A DNA stretch of 41,034 bases from Candidatus Pacearchaeota archaeon (lineage in GTDB: Bacteria > Patescibacteriota > Minisyncoccia > Minisyncoccales > GCA-002788555). The notes beneath the pieces were generated by a model, which saw only the letters and a program-made list of their open reading frames with translations, searched no databases and had not been told where the DNA came from. Within the stretch, counting starts at the first letter, position 1; each line of letters starts with the position of its first letter. A program made the position numbers and the translations under genes. This document shows positions 14,921-25,072 of the stretch, piece after piece. The stretch covers positions 1 to 41,034 of the forward strand of contig DAOPTN010000002.1 in assembly GCA_035349995.1 (NCBI GenBank). The letters run 5' to 3'.

Positions 14921-16093
14921 TTATTTAGATACTTCTTCTATTGCTTTTTCAAGTTGAGGATCTCTTCCTGCTTTTACATCATCTTCTGTCATTTCAACTT
15001 CAATATCTGGTGAAATTCCTTTGCCGTCAATTGATTCCCCTGATGGCAATAACCAACCAGCAATTGTTAATTTTAAAGAAGAACCGTCGCTTAAAGGGAT
15101 AAATTCTTGAACTGTTCCCTTGCCAAAACTTGTTTTTCCAATAATAGTGGTAGTGTTAGGATTATTTTCCTTTATGGCTCCTGCTAAAATTTCAGATGCA
15201 GAAGCAGATCCTTCGTTGATCAAAATTATTACCTGAAATTGAGAAAAAGCACCTGGTCCTGATGATAAAATTTCATCTATTCCTGCTCTTCCTCTATCTT
15301 CTTTTAATATCACTTTTCCTCTTTCAATAAATAAATTTCCAATATCAGTTGCCACCGAAAGATATCCTCCTGGATTATTTCTTAAATCAAGAATAATTTT
15401 ATTAGTGCCTGATTTTAATATTTCCTGAGATACTGTTTTAAATTCTGCTGGAGCATCTTCATAAAAATTATAAAGTTGAATATAGGCAATATTATTATTT
15501 AACATTTCAAAGTCCAAGGTGGGAATATCAATTTTTGCCCTGATAACTTTTATCTCTAAAATTTCTTCGTCTCTATTGATTTTAAGATTGACTTCTGTAC
15601 CTGCTTTTCCTCGAATTTTCATTACGGCTTGGGTAAGAGTCATCTCTTCGGTGCTCTCGCCATTGATTTCTAAAATTTTATCACCCGCCATTATACCTGC
15701 TTTTTCAGCTGGTGTGCCTTTAATAGGTGAAATAACAGTTAATATATTATCTCTAATTCCAATTTCAGCCCCAATACCCTCATAACTGCCGCTAAGATCT
15801 TCTTTAAGTTGCAATGATTCTTCAGGTCTTAAAAAATCTGAATAAGGATCGTTTAAGCTTTGGACCATTCCTTCAATTGCACCATAAAGCATTTCTTGCT
15901 TTAATTCTTCTGCTTTCTCTTCAGAAAATTTATAAAATTTATTTTCAATCTGATTCCAAGTTTTAAAAAGAAGATTAAAATTTGCTCCTTGCTGGGCTTC
16001 AATATTTATTTTTTGATTAAAAAAATAGCCACACCAAAACCCACCAACAAGGATTAAAACAAAAATAAAAATTTTTTGCAGATTAATTTTCAT
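14921..16093 (-). CDS. S41 family C-terminal processing peptidase with PDZ domain
   Basis: N-terminal TM helix, PDZ block (PAEKAGIMAGDKILEINGES), catalytic-region INEGSASASEI and TSFGKGTVQ. Confidence 0.9.
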   Translation of the reverse strand: MKINLQKIFIFVLILVGGFWCGYFFNQKINIEAQQGANFNLLFKTWNQIENKFYKFSEEKAEELKQEMLYGAIEGMVQSLNDPYSDFLRPEESLQLKEDLSGSYEGIGAEIGIRDNILTVISPIKGTPAEKAGIMAGDKILEINGESTEEMTLTQAVMKIRGKAGTEVNLKINRDEEILEIKVIRAKIDIPTLDFEMLNNNIAYIQLYNFYEDAPAEFKTVSQEILKSGTNKIILDLRNNPGGYLSVATDIGNLFIERGKVILKEDRGRAGIDEILSSGPGAFSQFQVIILINEGSASASEILAGAIKENNPNTTTIIGKTSFGKGTVQEFIPLSDGSSLKLTIAGWLLPSGESIDGKGISPDIEVEMTEDDVKAGRDPQLEKAIEEVSK

Positions 16094-16168
16094 AGATTAT
16101 AATTTTTAAAGTTAAAGTAATTTAAAACAACCAAACTTTTTACAGCTCTATTCTTAATTTTTTTCTTC

Positions 16169-17107
16169 TTATTTCTCCTCCCCCTCCTCCTCAATAAATG
16201 CGTTTTGGCAAACTGTTTGAATTTCTGAAAAATTCCCTGCTTTTGGCAAAAGGATATAGGCGCCACCATTACTATGTGTTGAATATAAATAATTTGATGT
16301 GTCAAAAACAATTGTTTCAATGTTTTCAATTTCCATAGAGGAAGCCATTTCTATCAGATCTTTTACCTGTGACAAGGGAATATCTGTTTCTATATGCTTT
16401 TCAATGCTGTTAAAAATATTCCAAATTTTATCAGGTCTTGAAAGTAATCCCAATGAAGTTACTTTATCCTTTATAGCAATTAAAACTTTTTGTTGCCGTT
16501 CCATTCTTCCAAAATCAGATCCAATAGTAGCTCGTGATCCTACATAAGCCAGTGTTTCACTGCCAGATAAATTATTTATTCCTGGTCTTATTGTCACATA
16601 ATTTCCATAAAAATCTAAAGAAAAGTATCGATCTTCTTTTACTTCAATTCCTCCTAATGTATCTACAATTTCTTCTAATGCTTCTACGTCTGCGGCAACA
16701 GCAAAATCAATATCAAGACCCGTGATATTTGAAACAATTTCCTTTGCTAATTTTAAACCTCCGCCATCAGAATTATTTTTCTGACCAGCCACATAAGCAT
16801 AATTTATTTTTTCTTTACCATGATCTGGAATATCAACCCATAGATCCCTAGGAATAGAAAAAATAACTACTTTTTTGCTGTCTTTTTCATATGAAAGGAC
16901 CATTATACTGTCTGTAAGACCACCCGTGGGCTGGTGTCCAAGTATTAATATATCCCATCGGTCATCATTTTTAAGAGAAGTTAATGAGTCACTACTGCTA
17001 ATAGCAGAAAAGGTATTTACTCCTTTAAAAAAAATTAATCCTCCCAAAACAATGATTATTCCTATAAAAATTAAAATTATTTTTATAATTTTTTTCATAA
17101 TTTTCAT
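16169..17107 (-). CDS. LCP (LytR-CpsA-Psr) family protein
   Basis: N-terminal TM helix. TDSIMVLS, SIPRDLWVDIP and ERQQKVL blocks are typical of the LCP family. Confidence 0.85.
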   Translation of the reverse strand: MKIMKKIIKIILIFIGIIIVLGGLIFFKGVNTFSAISSSDSLTSLKNDDRWDILILGHQPTGGLTDSIMVLSYEKDSKKVVIFSIPRDLWVDIPDHGKEKINYAYVAGQKNNSDGGGLKLAKEIVSNITGLDIDFAVAADVEALEEIVDTLGGIEVKEDRYFSLDFYGNYVTIRPGINNLSGSETLAYVGSRATIGSDFGRMERQQKVLIAIKDKVTSLGLLSRPDKIWNIFNSIEKHIETDIPLSQVKDLIEMASSMEIENIETIVFDTSNYLYSTHSNGGAYILLPKAGNFSEIQTVCQNAFIEEEGEEK

Positions 17108-17120
17108 TACCTTTTATATG

Positions 17121-17194
17121 TGCGCCCGCCGCGACTCGAACGCGGAACCAATGGCTTAAAAGGCCACTGCTCTACCAAATTGAGCTACGGGCGC
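17121..17194 (-). tRNA. tRNA-Lys, anticodon UUU
   Basis: The reverse complement folds as GCGCCCG/CGGGCGC acceptor, D arm GCTC-AATTTGGTA-GAGC, loop CT-TTT-AA, T arm CCGCG-TTCGAGT-CGCGG. Confidence 0.9.
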
Positions 17195-17240
17195 AATTAA
17201 TATATTTTATTTTAATACAACTTATAATTTTAATTTAAAA

Positions 17241-17270
17241 ATAAAAAAAATCAAGCCCCTTTTTAAAGGC
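17241..17270 (-). terminator. Possible terminator after glmS
   Basis: The minus strand has gcctttaaaaaggggc (imperfect stem with G-U pairs) followed by a long T tract. Confidence 0.4.
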
Positions 17271-17296
17271 AAACCAAAAAAAAGAAAATAGTCCTT

Positions 17297-19129
17297 TTAC
17301 TCAACAGTTACTGACTTTGCTAAATTACGAGGTTTATCAACATCGTATCCACGAGAAACCCCTACATAATAAGCAAATAATTGCAATGGAATTACGCTCA
17401 AAAGAGGGGTAAGCATTTCTAATGTTTTTGGAATATAAATAACATCATCTACTATCTTTTTGATTTCTTCATTTCCTTCGGTCGCTAGGGCAATTACAGG
17501 TCCTTTTCTTGCTTTTATCTCTCTTATGTTTGAAATCATTTTTTCATAAACGCTATCTGATGGCGCAATAGCAAAGGTGGGAAATTTTTCAGAAATAAGA
17601 GCAATTGGTCCATGTTTCATCTCACCAGCCGCATAACCCTCAGCGTGAATATAAGAAATTTCTTTCAGCTTCAGTGCACCTTCTAGAGCAATAGGATGGT
17701 TATATTTTCTTCCAATGAATAAAAAATCATTTACATCTTTGTATTTTGAAGCCAGCTCTTTTATTTGCGGACTTAAAATTAAAACCTTTTTTACTAATTC
17801 TGGAATTATTAAGATCTCTTTCAAAATTCTTTGACCCATTACTAAACTCATATCTCTTTGTCTCCCAAGTAAAACGGTTAAAAGTGCTAAAACCTCAAGT
17901 TGAGAAGTAAATGCTTTAGTGGAAGCAACACCTATTTCAGGACCTGCATGATTATAAACTCCAGCATCTGTTTCCCTGGCTATGGTTGATCCAACGGTAT
18001 TAACAATTCCTAAGGCCAAAACGCCCTTCTCCTTTACTTCTCTGATTGCTGCTAAAGTATCAGCTGTTTCTCCGCTTTGAGAAATAGCAAAAACTGCTGT
18101 TTTTTTATTTAAAATAGGTTTTCGATAACGAAATTCTGAAGCAAGATCAACCTCTACAGGAATCCCAGCGTATTCTTCGATCATATATTCTCCCACTAAC
18201 CCGGCATAGTAAGCAGTTCCGCAAGAAACAAAAATTAATCTTTCAATCTCTCGTAATTTGTCTTTAACATTTTCAAGTCCTCCCAATTTTGCTATTCCCT
18301 CTGAGAGCACAATTCTTCCTCTTTGAGAATCCTTCAAACTGTCGGGCTGTTCCATAATTTCTTTAAGCATAAAATGAGGATAACCGCCTTTTTGTGTTTG
18401 TTCTAACGACCATTCTATTTCAGAAAATTCTTTTTGTTTAATATGATTGTTAAGATCAGTAACAAAAAAATGTCCTGGCTTTAAAACAGCAATTTCTTTA
18501 TCGTCAAGAAAAATTACTTTTTTGGAATGTGTTAAAATAGCTGCTGGGTCCGAAGCGATAAAAATATCCCCATTATTAATAGCAATAACTAAGGGACTGG
18601 AATTTTTAGCAGCCACAATTTTTTCTGGATCATCTTTTGCAATAACCAAAATTCCATATGTTCCTTTTACCAATTTTAATGCCTTTCTTACTGCTTCTTC
18701 CAGGTTCCCTTTAAAAAAATGCTCTATCAAATGCGAAAGCACTTCAGTATCAGTTTCAGAAACAAAACGATGACCCAATGATTCAAGCTTTTGTTTTAAA
18801 ACTTGATAGTTTTCAATAATGCCATTATGAACAACCCAGATATTTTTTTTACAATCAGGATGAGGATGTGCATTAATTTCATTAGGTTCGCCATGAGTTG
18901 CCCAGCGAGTATGAAGAATAAATGGACTGCCAGAAATTTTTGATTTTGAAAACTTCTCTTCTAGTGAAGATATTTTTCCTGCTGCTTTTAAAGAGAATAT
19001 TTCCTTTTTTTCTGGATTAAAAACAGCCATTCCTGCTGAATCATATCCTCGGTATTCTAAACGTTTTAATGCCTCAATACCAATCCAAGGATCTTTTTGT
19101 TCGCCTATATAACCAACAATACCACACAT
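17297..19129 (-). CDS. glmS: Glutamine--fructose-6-phosphate aminotransferase (isomerizing)
   Basis: MCGIVGYIG N-terminal nucleophile, two SIS domains, C-terminal ...NLAKSVTVE. Confidence 0.95.
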   Translation of the reverse strand: MCGIVGYIGEQKDPWIGIEALKRLEYRGYDSAGMAVFNPEKKEIFSLKAAGKISSLEEKFSKSKISGSPFILHTRWATHGEPNEINAHPHPDCKKNIWVVHNGIIENYQVLKQKLESLGHRFVSETDTEVLSHLIEHFFKGNLEEAVRKALKLVKGTYGILVIAKDDPEKIVAAKNSSPLVIAINNGDIFIASDPAAILTHSKKVIFLDDKEIAVLKPGHFFVTDLNNHIKQKEFSEIEWSLEQTQKGGYPHFMLKEIMEQPDSLKDSQRGRIVLSEGIAKLGGLENVKDKLREIERLIFVSCGTAYYAGLVGEYMIEEYAGIPVEVDLASEFRYRKPILNKKTAVFAISQSGETADTLAAIREVKEKGVLALGIVNTVGSTIARETDAGVYNHAGPEIGVASTKAFTSQLEVLALLTVLLGRQRDMSLVMGQRILKEILIIPELVKKVLILSPQIKELASKYKDVNDFLFIGRKYNHPIALEGALKLKEISYIHAEGYAAGEMKHGPIALISEKFPTFAIAPSDSVYEKMISNIREIKARKGPVIALATEGNEEIKKIVDDVIYIPKTLEMLTPLLSVIPLQLFAYYVGVSRGYDVDKPRNLAKSVTVE

Positions 19130-19149
19130 ATTTTTATTATTAATAATCT

Positions 19150-19179
19150 ATTTTAAACCTTTTAAGGGTATAAAGTCAA
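19150..19179 (-). promoter_or_regulatory. Candidate glmS promoter (TTGACT-18-TAAAAT). Short leader of about 14 nt with no SD and no room for a glmS ribozyme.
   Basis: Minus strand reads ttgact ... taaaat agattattaataataaaaat ATG. Confidence 0.45.
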
Positions 19180-19186
19180 GGATTTT

Positions 19187-19987
19187 TTAATATCTTATAA
19201 GAGTGCCAATTGGTTCACCTTTAAGACATTTTTTTAAATTACCTTTTTTTCCACCTATTATGCAAACCTCAACGCCTTCTTTTGCAATTTCAACTGATTC
19301 TTCTACTTTGTGCAACATACCACCTGTCACATCAATTTTATCAGCCCCTTTTAAAAAATTTTTTATTTTAGAAAAATTATCTTTGTTTATTTCTGGAATT
19401 ATTTTTTTATTGCTATCGTAAACACCATCAACCTTGCTCATCATTATAATTTTTTTAGGTTTTAATTTTTTTGCCAAGAAATTAAAAAGTGCTTCTGTGG
19501 ATAATATTGTGCAACCTTTTTTTATATCAATTACTACATCTCCATAAATTACTGGAATCATATCATATTTTAAGTAATATTTAAGGGGCTCCAAATAATA
19601 ACTTTTTATTGTATTGTTATCTGTTAAAAATACTGACGATGGCTGTATGGAAATGGCATTTTCACCAGCCCTTATTAACTCTTCTATCAAAATTCTATTT
19701 AATTTAGCAGCATCATTTTCAACAATACTTATTCCTCGAATACTTTTTTTATTTACTATCCCCTCTTTTGTTTTATATTTTTTGGCTGATATATGAGGAA
19801 ATGATCCCCCGCCGTTGCCCAATAATAATTGAAAATTCATTTTCTGCCTTAATTGATAAATTTCTTTTGCAATTTCTTTTATTTTTAAAAGATGAGGCGT
19901 ATAAGGTTTAGGGGTTGTAATTAAAGCTCCGCCCAATTTCAAAAAAATGAGGTTATTTGAATCATCATTTTTTTTATATGTTTTCAT
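19187..19987 (-). CDS. Isopentenyl phosphate kinase family (amino acid kinase fold) protein
   Basis: LKLGGALIT, GNGGGSFPH, SIQPSS, PVIYGDVVID and DVTGGM match archaeal IPK blocks as I recall them for MJ0044. ATG at 19987 forms an ATGA overlap with the pyrF stop. Confidence 0.75.
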   Translation of the reverse strand: MKTYKKNDDSNNLIFLKLGGALITTPKPYTPHLLKIKEIAKEIYQLRQKMNFQLLLGNGGGSFPHISAKKYKTKEGIVNKKSIRGISIVENDAAKLNRILIEELIRAGENAISIQPSSVFLTDNNTIKSYYLEPLKYYLKYDMIPVIYGDVVIDIKKGCTILSTEALFNFLAKKLKPKKIIMMSKVDGVYDSNKKIIPEINKDNFSKIKNFLKGADKIDVTGGMLHKVEESVEIAKEGVEVCIIGGKKGNLKKCLKGEPIGTLIRY

Positions 19988-20883
19988 ATTTGAAAAGCAC
20001 AAGAAAGATCTTTTTTCATTTTTATTGTTGCCTCTCGAGCTGCCATATCGAATTTTTGTGGACCAAATTTCTCTTTATAAGGACTGCTTTGCCATGCAAA
20101 TATAATTTCACGTGAGTTGTTAATAATTGCTCCTTTTTGATTCTTATCAAAGTTGACCATAACATCTTTGGCACTGCCACCCTGCGCCCCATATCCTGGT
20201 ACTAAAAAAATACTCTTTGGCATTATTTTTCTTAAAATCATTGCTTCTTTTTTGTAGGTGGCTCCTACAACCGCACCAACGACTTGATAACCATTTTTTC
20301 CCTTTGTTCCTCTTCCCCATTGATTTACCATTTTTGCTACTTCTTCATATAACCGTTTTCCATTTTTAAGTATCTTGTCTTGAAAATCTTTTGAAGAAGG
20401 ATTTGAAGTTTTAACTAAAATAAAAACACCTTTTCCATATTTAATAGCTTTTTCAATAAAGGGATTTATTCCATCACTGCCTAAATATGGATTAACAGTA
20501 ATTGCATCAGCATCAAATCCTTCTTTTGTAAGATAGGCATCAGCATAGGCATCAGCCGTAGGACCAATATCATTTCTTTTACCATCTATAATAATAATTT
20601 TTTGTTTTTTTCTTAAATAAAAAATTGTGTTTTCCAGGGCTTTAATGCCTCTTTCTTTATATTTTTCGTAAAAAGCCATTTGTATCTTGAAAACCGGAAC
20701 AATATCACAAGTGGCATCAATGATCATTTTATTAAAATTAAATAATATTTTGTCTATCTTTTCTTCTTTTTTTCTTAAAAAATAAGGAATACCTTCGATT
20801 CTTGGATCAAGACCAATGCAGGTTGGGTTTTTAAATACATTTATTTTATCAAGTAATTTATCAGCAAAATTTTCTTTTCCCAT
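19984..20883 (-). CDS. pyrF: Orotidine 5'-phosphate decarboxylase, type 2
   Basis: CIGLDP motif near the N-terminus, ADAITVNPYLG and VPGYGAQGG blocks. About 300 aa, the long form. Confidence 0.85.
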   Translation of the reverse strand: MGKENFADKLLDKINVFKNPTCIGLDPRIEGIPYFLRKKEEKIDKILFNFNKMIIDATCDIVPVFKIQMAFYEKYKERGIKALENTIFYLRKKQKIIIIDGKRNDIGPTADAYADAYLTKEGFDADAITVNPYLGSDGINPFIEKAIKYGKGVFILVKTSNPSSKDFQDKILKNGKRLYEEVAKMVNQWGRGTKGKNGYQVVGAVVGATYKKEAMILRKIMPKSIFLVPGYGAQGGSAKDVMVNFDKNQKGAIINNSREIIFAWQSSPYKEKFGPQKFDMAAREATIKMKKDLSCAFQI

Positions 20884-20894
20884 AATTGATCATT

Positions 20895-21593
20895 TTAATT
20901 AAGCAATTTTAATTTTTCAATGCCGTATTGTTGAAATTCTTCTTCTACTTTTTGAGCAATTTCTTTTGAGGGATTGTTTTTTTGACAGGCAAGAAATAAA
21001 AGTTCAGGTAGTTTTGACATTTGAAAATAAGGAACACCTTTTTCTTCAACCGACTCTTTTACACTTTTTCCATCAAGCCCCTTTTCCATTCGATTGGTTA
21101 GTCCAATTGCAGCAATAATACTTGCTTCTTTTATTTTTTTAATAGTGTTGATGCTTTCAAGGAGCGAATAGCCAGTGGTAGTTACATCTTCAAGTATGAT
21201 TACTTTTCCTTTGGGAACACCAATAAAAAATCTGTCTTTTTCATCGCCATGATCCTTAGGTTTTCCTCTACCCATTGCAAGAATATGAGAAAAAGGACCA
21301 TAAAAAGGAGATTTTTTTGCCCATTTATACTGAACCAGAATAGCTAATTTTGTTGCCCCTTCTGGTACGCCATAAAAACAATCTGGTTGAAGATTTTTAT
21401 CTTTTACAAAATCAATAACAAAATCTGTTAATCTATCCATTAAAAAAACATCATTGCTTACATTTCGCCAATTAACATAACAATGAGATTTTCTTCCTGA
21501 TTTAAGAGTAATGGGCTGTTGAAAAAAACCAATGACATTATTTTCTATAATAAATTGATTAAATTTTTGTTGGTTGAATTTCTTATTACTCAT
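20895..21593 (-). CDS. pyrE: Orotate phosphoribosyltransferase
   Basis: ITLKSGRKSHCYVNWR, similar to the OPRT F.L.SGR.S.YY block. PRPP-binding loop VIILEDVTTTGYS. Confidence 0.8.
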   Translation of the reverse strand: MSNKKFNQQKFNQFIIENNVIGFFQQPITLKSGRKSHCYVNWRNVSNDVFLMDRLTDFVIDFVKDKNLQPDCFYGVPEGATKLAILVQYKWAKKSPFYGPFSHILAMGRGKPKDHGDEKDRFFIGVPKGKVIILEDVTTTGYSLLESINTIKKIKEASIIAAIGLTNRMEKGLDGKSVKESVEEKGVPYFQMSKLPELLFLACQKNNPSKEIAQKVEEEFQQYGIEKLKLLN

Positions 21594-22516
21594 AAGTGCT
21601 TTTTTATTTCAGATGTAAGATCTATAATCTCTAGATTTTTCATTAATTTATTACTGCAATCATTTATAGGAACAGAATTAGAAAAAAATATTTTAAAAAA
21701 ATTTGCTTTTTCTAGTTTTTCCTTAGCGTTTCCTGACAACACTGGATGTACAGCAGCCAATATTATTTTTTTTGCTCCCATTAAAATTAATTTTTCCTTT
21801 GCTTTAATAATTGTACCTCCTGTGTCTACCATATCATCAAACAAAATCACATTTTTTCCTTTAATGTTACCATAAAAATTAAGAGAAGAAACCATATTTA
21901 TTTTTTTATCAGGGCTCTCTCTTTCTTTTTTAAAAAAAGCGGTCTCAAGACCACCTAGTATTTGGGCAAATTTTTGTCCGTCTTTTCTTGCCCCTTCGTC
22001 TGGAGATACTACTTGCCAATCTCTTTGTTTTTTAATAATTTTTTTCAATTCTTTTGCAAATAAATGATAAACCTTAAGATTTAAAATAGGAATTTTATAA
22101 AATTTTAAAATTAACTCACTATGAAGATGACAGGTAATAATCTTGCCTATCCCTGCTGTTTCATATAAACGAGCTAATAATTTGGCAGAAATGGGTTCTC
22201 TTTTGTCCTTAGTAGTTTTTTTATCTTGTCTTGAATACAAAAGCAGTGGAGAAATCAAAATAATCTTTTTCGCACCGTTTTCTTTTGCAGCGTTTGCCAT
22301 TAAAAGGGTTTCCATTATTATCTCATCAGGATTCTCGTTCGCTGTTTGATAAATATAAACTATTTTTCCCTTTACATCATTCAATAATTGAATATATTTT
22401 TCACCACAAGCAAATTTTTGAATTAAAATATTACCAAAATGAATATGAGATGCTTTGGCTATTTTTTCAGCCATTTTGTCAAAATTAGAAGATCCTGCAA
22501 ATAAAATTTTCTCCAT
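21590..22516 (-). CDS. prs: Ribose-phosphate pyrophosphokinase
   Basis: Two PRT-type domains, VVSPDEGA, ILFDDMVDTGGT. ATGA overlap with pyrE. Confidence 0.85.
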   Translation of the reverse strand: MEKILFAGSSNFDKMAEKIAKASHIHFGNILIQKFACGEKYIQLLNDVKGKIVYIYQTANENPDEIIMETLLMANAAKENGAKKIILISPLLLYSRQDKKTTKDKREPISAKLLARLYETAGIGKIITCHLHSELILKFYKIPILNLKVYHLFAKELKKIIKKQRDWQVVSPDEGARKDGQKFAQILGGLETAFFKKERESPDKKINMVSSLNFYGNIKGKNVILFDDMVDTGGTIIKAKEKLILMGAKKIILAAVHPVLSGNAKEKLEKANFFKIFFSNSVPINDCSNKLMKNLEIIDLTSEIKKHL

Positions 22517-22525
22517 AGTAATATT

Positions 22526-25054
22526 TTATACTAATATATTTATTAATCTTTTGGGCACAAAAATTATCTTTTTAACCTTTTTCCCTTGAAGATATTTTTT
22601 TACATTTTCCCTTTGGAAAATTAATTTTTCAATTTCCTTTTGAGAAATATTTTTATTTACTTCCACTATATCACGTTTTTTCCCATTAACCTGAACAACC
22701 AAAGTTATTTTTTCTTCTTCAACGATCTTTAAATCATATGTTGGCCATTTTTCATCAAATATTGATAAAACCCTTTTAACAGTTTTGTTTTTATAATGTA
22801 ATCGTTGCCATAACTCTTCTGTAATATGAGGAGCCATTGGAGATAATAATTTTATTAATATTTCATAATATTCTTTTGAAATCTCTTTTTCTTTTTCTAA
22901 TTGATTGGTTAAAATCATTAGGCTAGAAACTGCTGTATTAAACCTGAAATTTTCAATATCTTCACTCACCTTTTTTATTGTTTTGTGCAAAAGTTTTTGC
23001 AAATGTTGATTTTGGGTTTTGGATTTTGGGTTTTGGATTTTTTCTTGTAAGTTCCATACTCTTTGTAAGAATCGATAACACCCTACTACTCCCCTATCTG
23101 ACCATTCTGTTGATTGATCAGCTGGTCCCATAAACAGTTCATAAACCCGTATTGTATCAGATCCATATTTTTTGATAATTTCATCTGGTCTAATAACGTT
23201 TCCTCTGGATTTTGACATTTTTGCACCCTTATAATAAATAGTACCTTGATTAAAAAGTTTTGAAAATGGTTCTGAAAAATCAAGATATCCTAGGTCTTTT
23301 AATGCTTTGGTAAAAAAACGTGCGTATAAAAGATGCATTACTGCATGTTCAGCTCCACCGATATAAAGATCCACAGGAAGCCATTTTTTAATTTTGGTTT
23401 TCTCAAATGGTTTTCTCTTATTTTTGGGATCGGTGTATCTTAAAAAATACCAAGAAGAGCAAACAAAGGTGTCAAGAGTATCAGTTTCTCTCTTTGCTTT
23501 TTTACCACATTTGGGACAAATGGTATTAACAAAAGTTTTTGAATTTGTCAGTGGACTTTTTCCATCTCCGCTTGGTTTAAAATCTTTTACTCTAGGAAGT
23601 TTTACTGGCAAATCTTTTTCTGGTACTGGCACCTCACCGCAATCTTTACAATAAATAATTGGTATTGGCGCTCCCCAATATCTTTGACGAGAAACCAACC
23701 AATCTCTTAACCGATAATAAGTTGATTTTTTTGCTTTGCCTATTTTTGCTAAATACTGAGTGATTGCTTGCCGTGCTTCATTTGAAGACAAACCTGTAAA
23801 TATTCCAGAATTAATAAGTATACCATCTTCAATAAAGGCTCCATTTTTACTAATTTTTATGTTTTTTATTTTTGATTTATCTCGAGGAACAATTACTGTT
23901 TTAATGGGCAACTGATAACGATCAGCAAAAGCAAAATCTCTTTCATCATGCGCGGGTACGCCCATTACTGCTCCTGTTCCATATTCCATTAAAACATAAT
24001 CAGCAACAAAAATTGGAATTTCTTTTTTGTTAACAGGATTAATAGCTTTTATTCCTTTTATTTTTATTCCTGTTTTTGTTTTACTTTCAGAGGTTCTTTC
24101 AATTTCTGATTTATTCTTTGATTTTTGAATATAATTTTGTATTTCGTTAAAATTTTCAATTTTTGACTTACACTGTTCAATAAGCGGATGTTCTGGTGCA
24201 ATAACTACATAAGTGCAACCAAAAATTGTATCTGTTCGAGTAGTAAATACCTTAAGTTGCAAATTATTTTTTGTTAATTGAAAACTTATTTCTGTTCCTT
24301 CACTTTTTCCTATCCAATTTTTTTGCATTATTTTTATTTTTTCTGGCCAATCAATTTTATCAAGGTCTTTTAATAATCTTTCAGCGTAATCAGTAATCTT
24401 TAAAAACCACTGTTCCAAATAGCGTTTTTCCACTATGCTTGAACATCTTTCACATTTTTCTTCAATCACCTGTTCATTTGCCAATACTGTTTTACAAGAC
24501 GGACAAAAATTCACAGGTGCTTTTTTCTTATAAGCAAGTCCAGCTTTATAGAGCTGTAAAAACATCCACTGAGTCCATTTATAATATTCTGGTTTACAGG
24601 TAATAATTTCTCTTTCCCAATCATATCCCATTCCAGCAAAAACTAATTGTTTTTTAATATTAGAAATTGCCTTTTTTGTGGTAATGGCAGGGTGAATTCC
24701 TGTTTTAATAGCAAAATTTTCTGCAGGGAGACCAAAAGCATCAAATCCCATTGGATGCAATACATTAAACCCTTCCATTTTTTTCTTCTTTGTAATAAGA
24801 TCAGAAAATGTATACCCCTTTAAATGACCTACGTGTAGTCCATAAGCAGATGGATAGGGAAACATATCCAAACAATAAAACTTCGGCTTTTTTGATGTAT
24901 TTTTAGCTTTAAATGTTCCTTGATTTTTCCAAATCTGCTGCCATTTTTTTTCTATTTGGTAATGAATTTCTTCCCATTCAGAATTTATCTTAACTTTTAT
25001 TTTTTGCTTACTTTTATCTTGATTAAACTTTTTATGATTACATTTTTTCTTCAT
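22526..25054 (-). CDS. leuS: Leucine--tRNA ligase
   Basis: HVGHLKGY (HIGH), KMSKSRGN (KMSKS), CP1 editing region, zinc-type CPSC...CERC. Confidence 0.95.
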   Translation of the reverse strand: MKKKCNHKKFNQDKSKQKIKVKINSEWEEIHYQIEKKWQQIWKNQGTFKAKNTSKKPKFYCLDMFPYPSAYGLHVGHLKGYTFSDLITKKKKMEGFNVLHPMGFDAFGLPAENFAIKTGIHPAITTKKAISNIKKQLVFAGMGYDWEREIITCKPEYYKWTQWMFLQLYKAGLAYKKKAPVNFCPSCKTVLANEQVIEEKCERCSSIVEKRYLEQWFLKITDYAERLLKDLDKIDWPEKIKIMQKNWIGKSEGTEISFQLTKNNLQLKVFTTRTDTIFGCTYVVIAPEHPLIEQCKSKIENFNEIQNYIQKSKNKSEIERTSESKTKTGIKIKGIKAINPVNKKEIPIFVADYVLMEYGTGAVMGVPAHDERDFAFADRYQLPIKTVIVPRDKSKIKNIKISKNGAFIEDGILINSGIFTGLSSNEARQAITQYLAKIGKAKKSTYYRLRDWLVSRQRYWGAPIPIIYCKDCGEVPVPEKDLPVKLPRVKDFKPSGDGKSPLTNSKTFVNTICPKCGKKAKRETDTLDTFVCSSWYFLRYTDPKNKRKPFEKTKIKKWLPVDLYIGGAEHAVMHLLYARFFTKALKDLGYLDFSEPFSKLFNQGTIYYKGAKMSKSRGNVIRPDEIIKKYGSDTIRVYELFMGPADQSTEWSDRGVVGCYRFLQRVWNLQEKIQNPKSKTQNQHLQKLLHKTIKKVSEDIENFRFNTAVSSLMILTNQLEKEKEISKEYYEILIKLLSPMAPHITEELWQRLHYKNKTVKRVLSIFDEKWPTYDLKIVEEEKITLVVQVNGKKRDIVEVNKNISQKEIEKLIFQRENVKKYLQGKKVKKIIFVPKRLINILV
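23010..23037. repeat. Heptad microsatellite (TTTTGGR)x4 inside leuS
   Basis: ttttggg ttttgga ttttggg ttttgga on the plus strand. Encodes QNPKSKTQNQ in LeuS. Confidence 0.85.
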
Positions 25055-25072
25055 AATTGATAAGAAATATTC

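Noticed and set aside
19130-19186. glmS ribozyme upstream of glmS
   Set aside because: The predicted promoter leaves only about 14 nt of leader, which is far too short for the ribozyme, and no conserved core sequence is visible.
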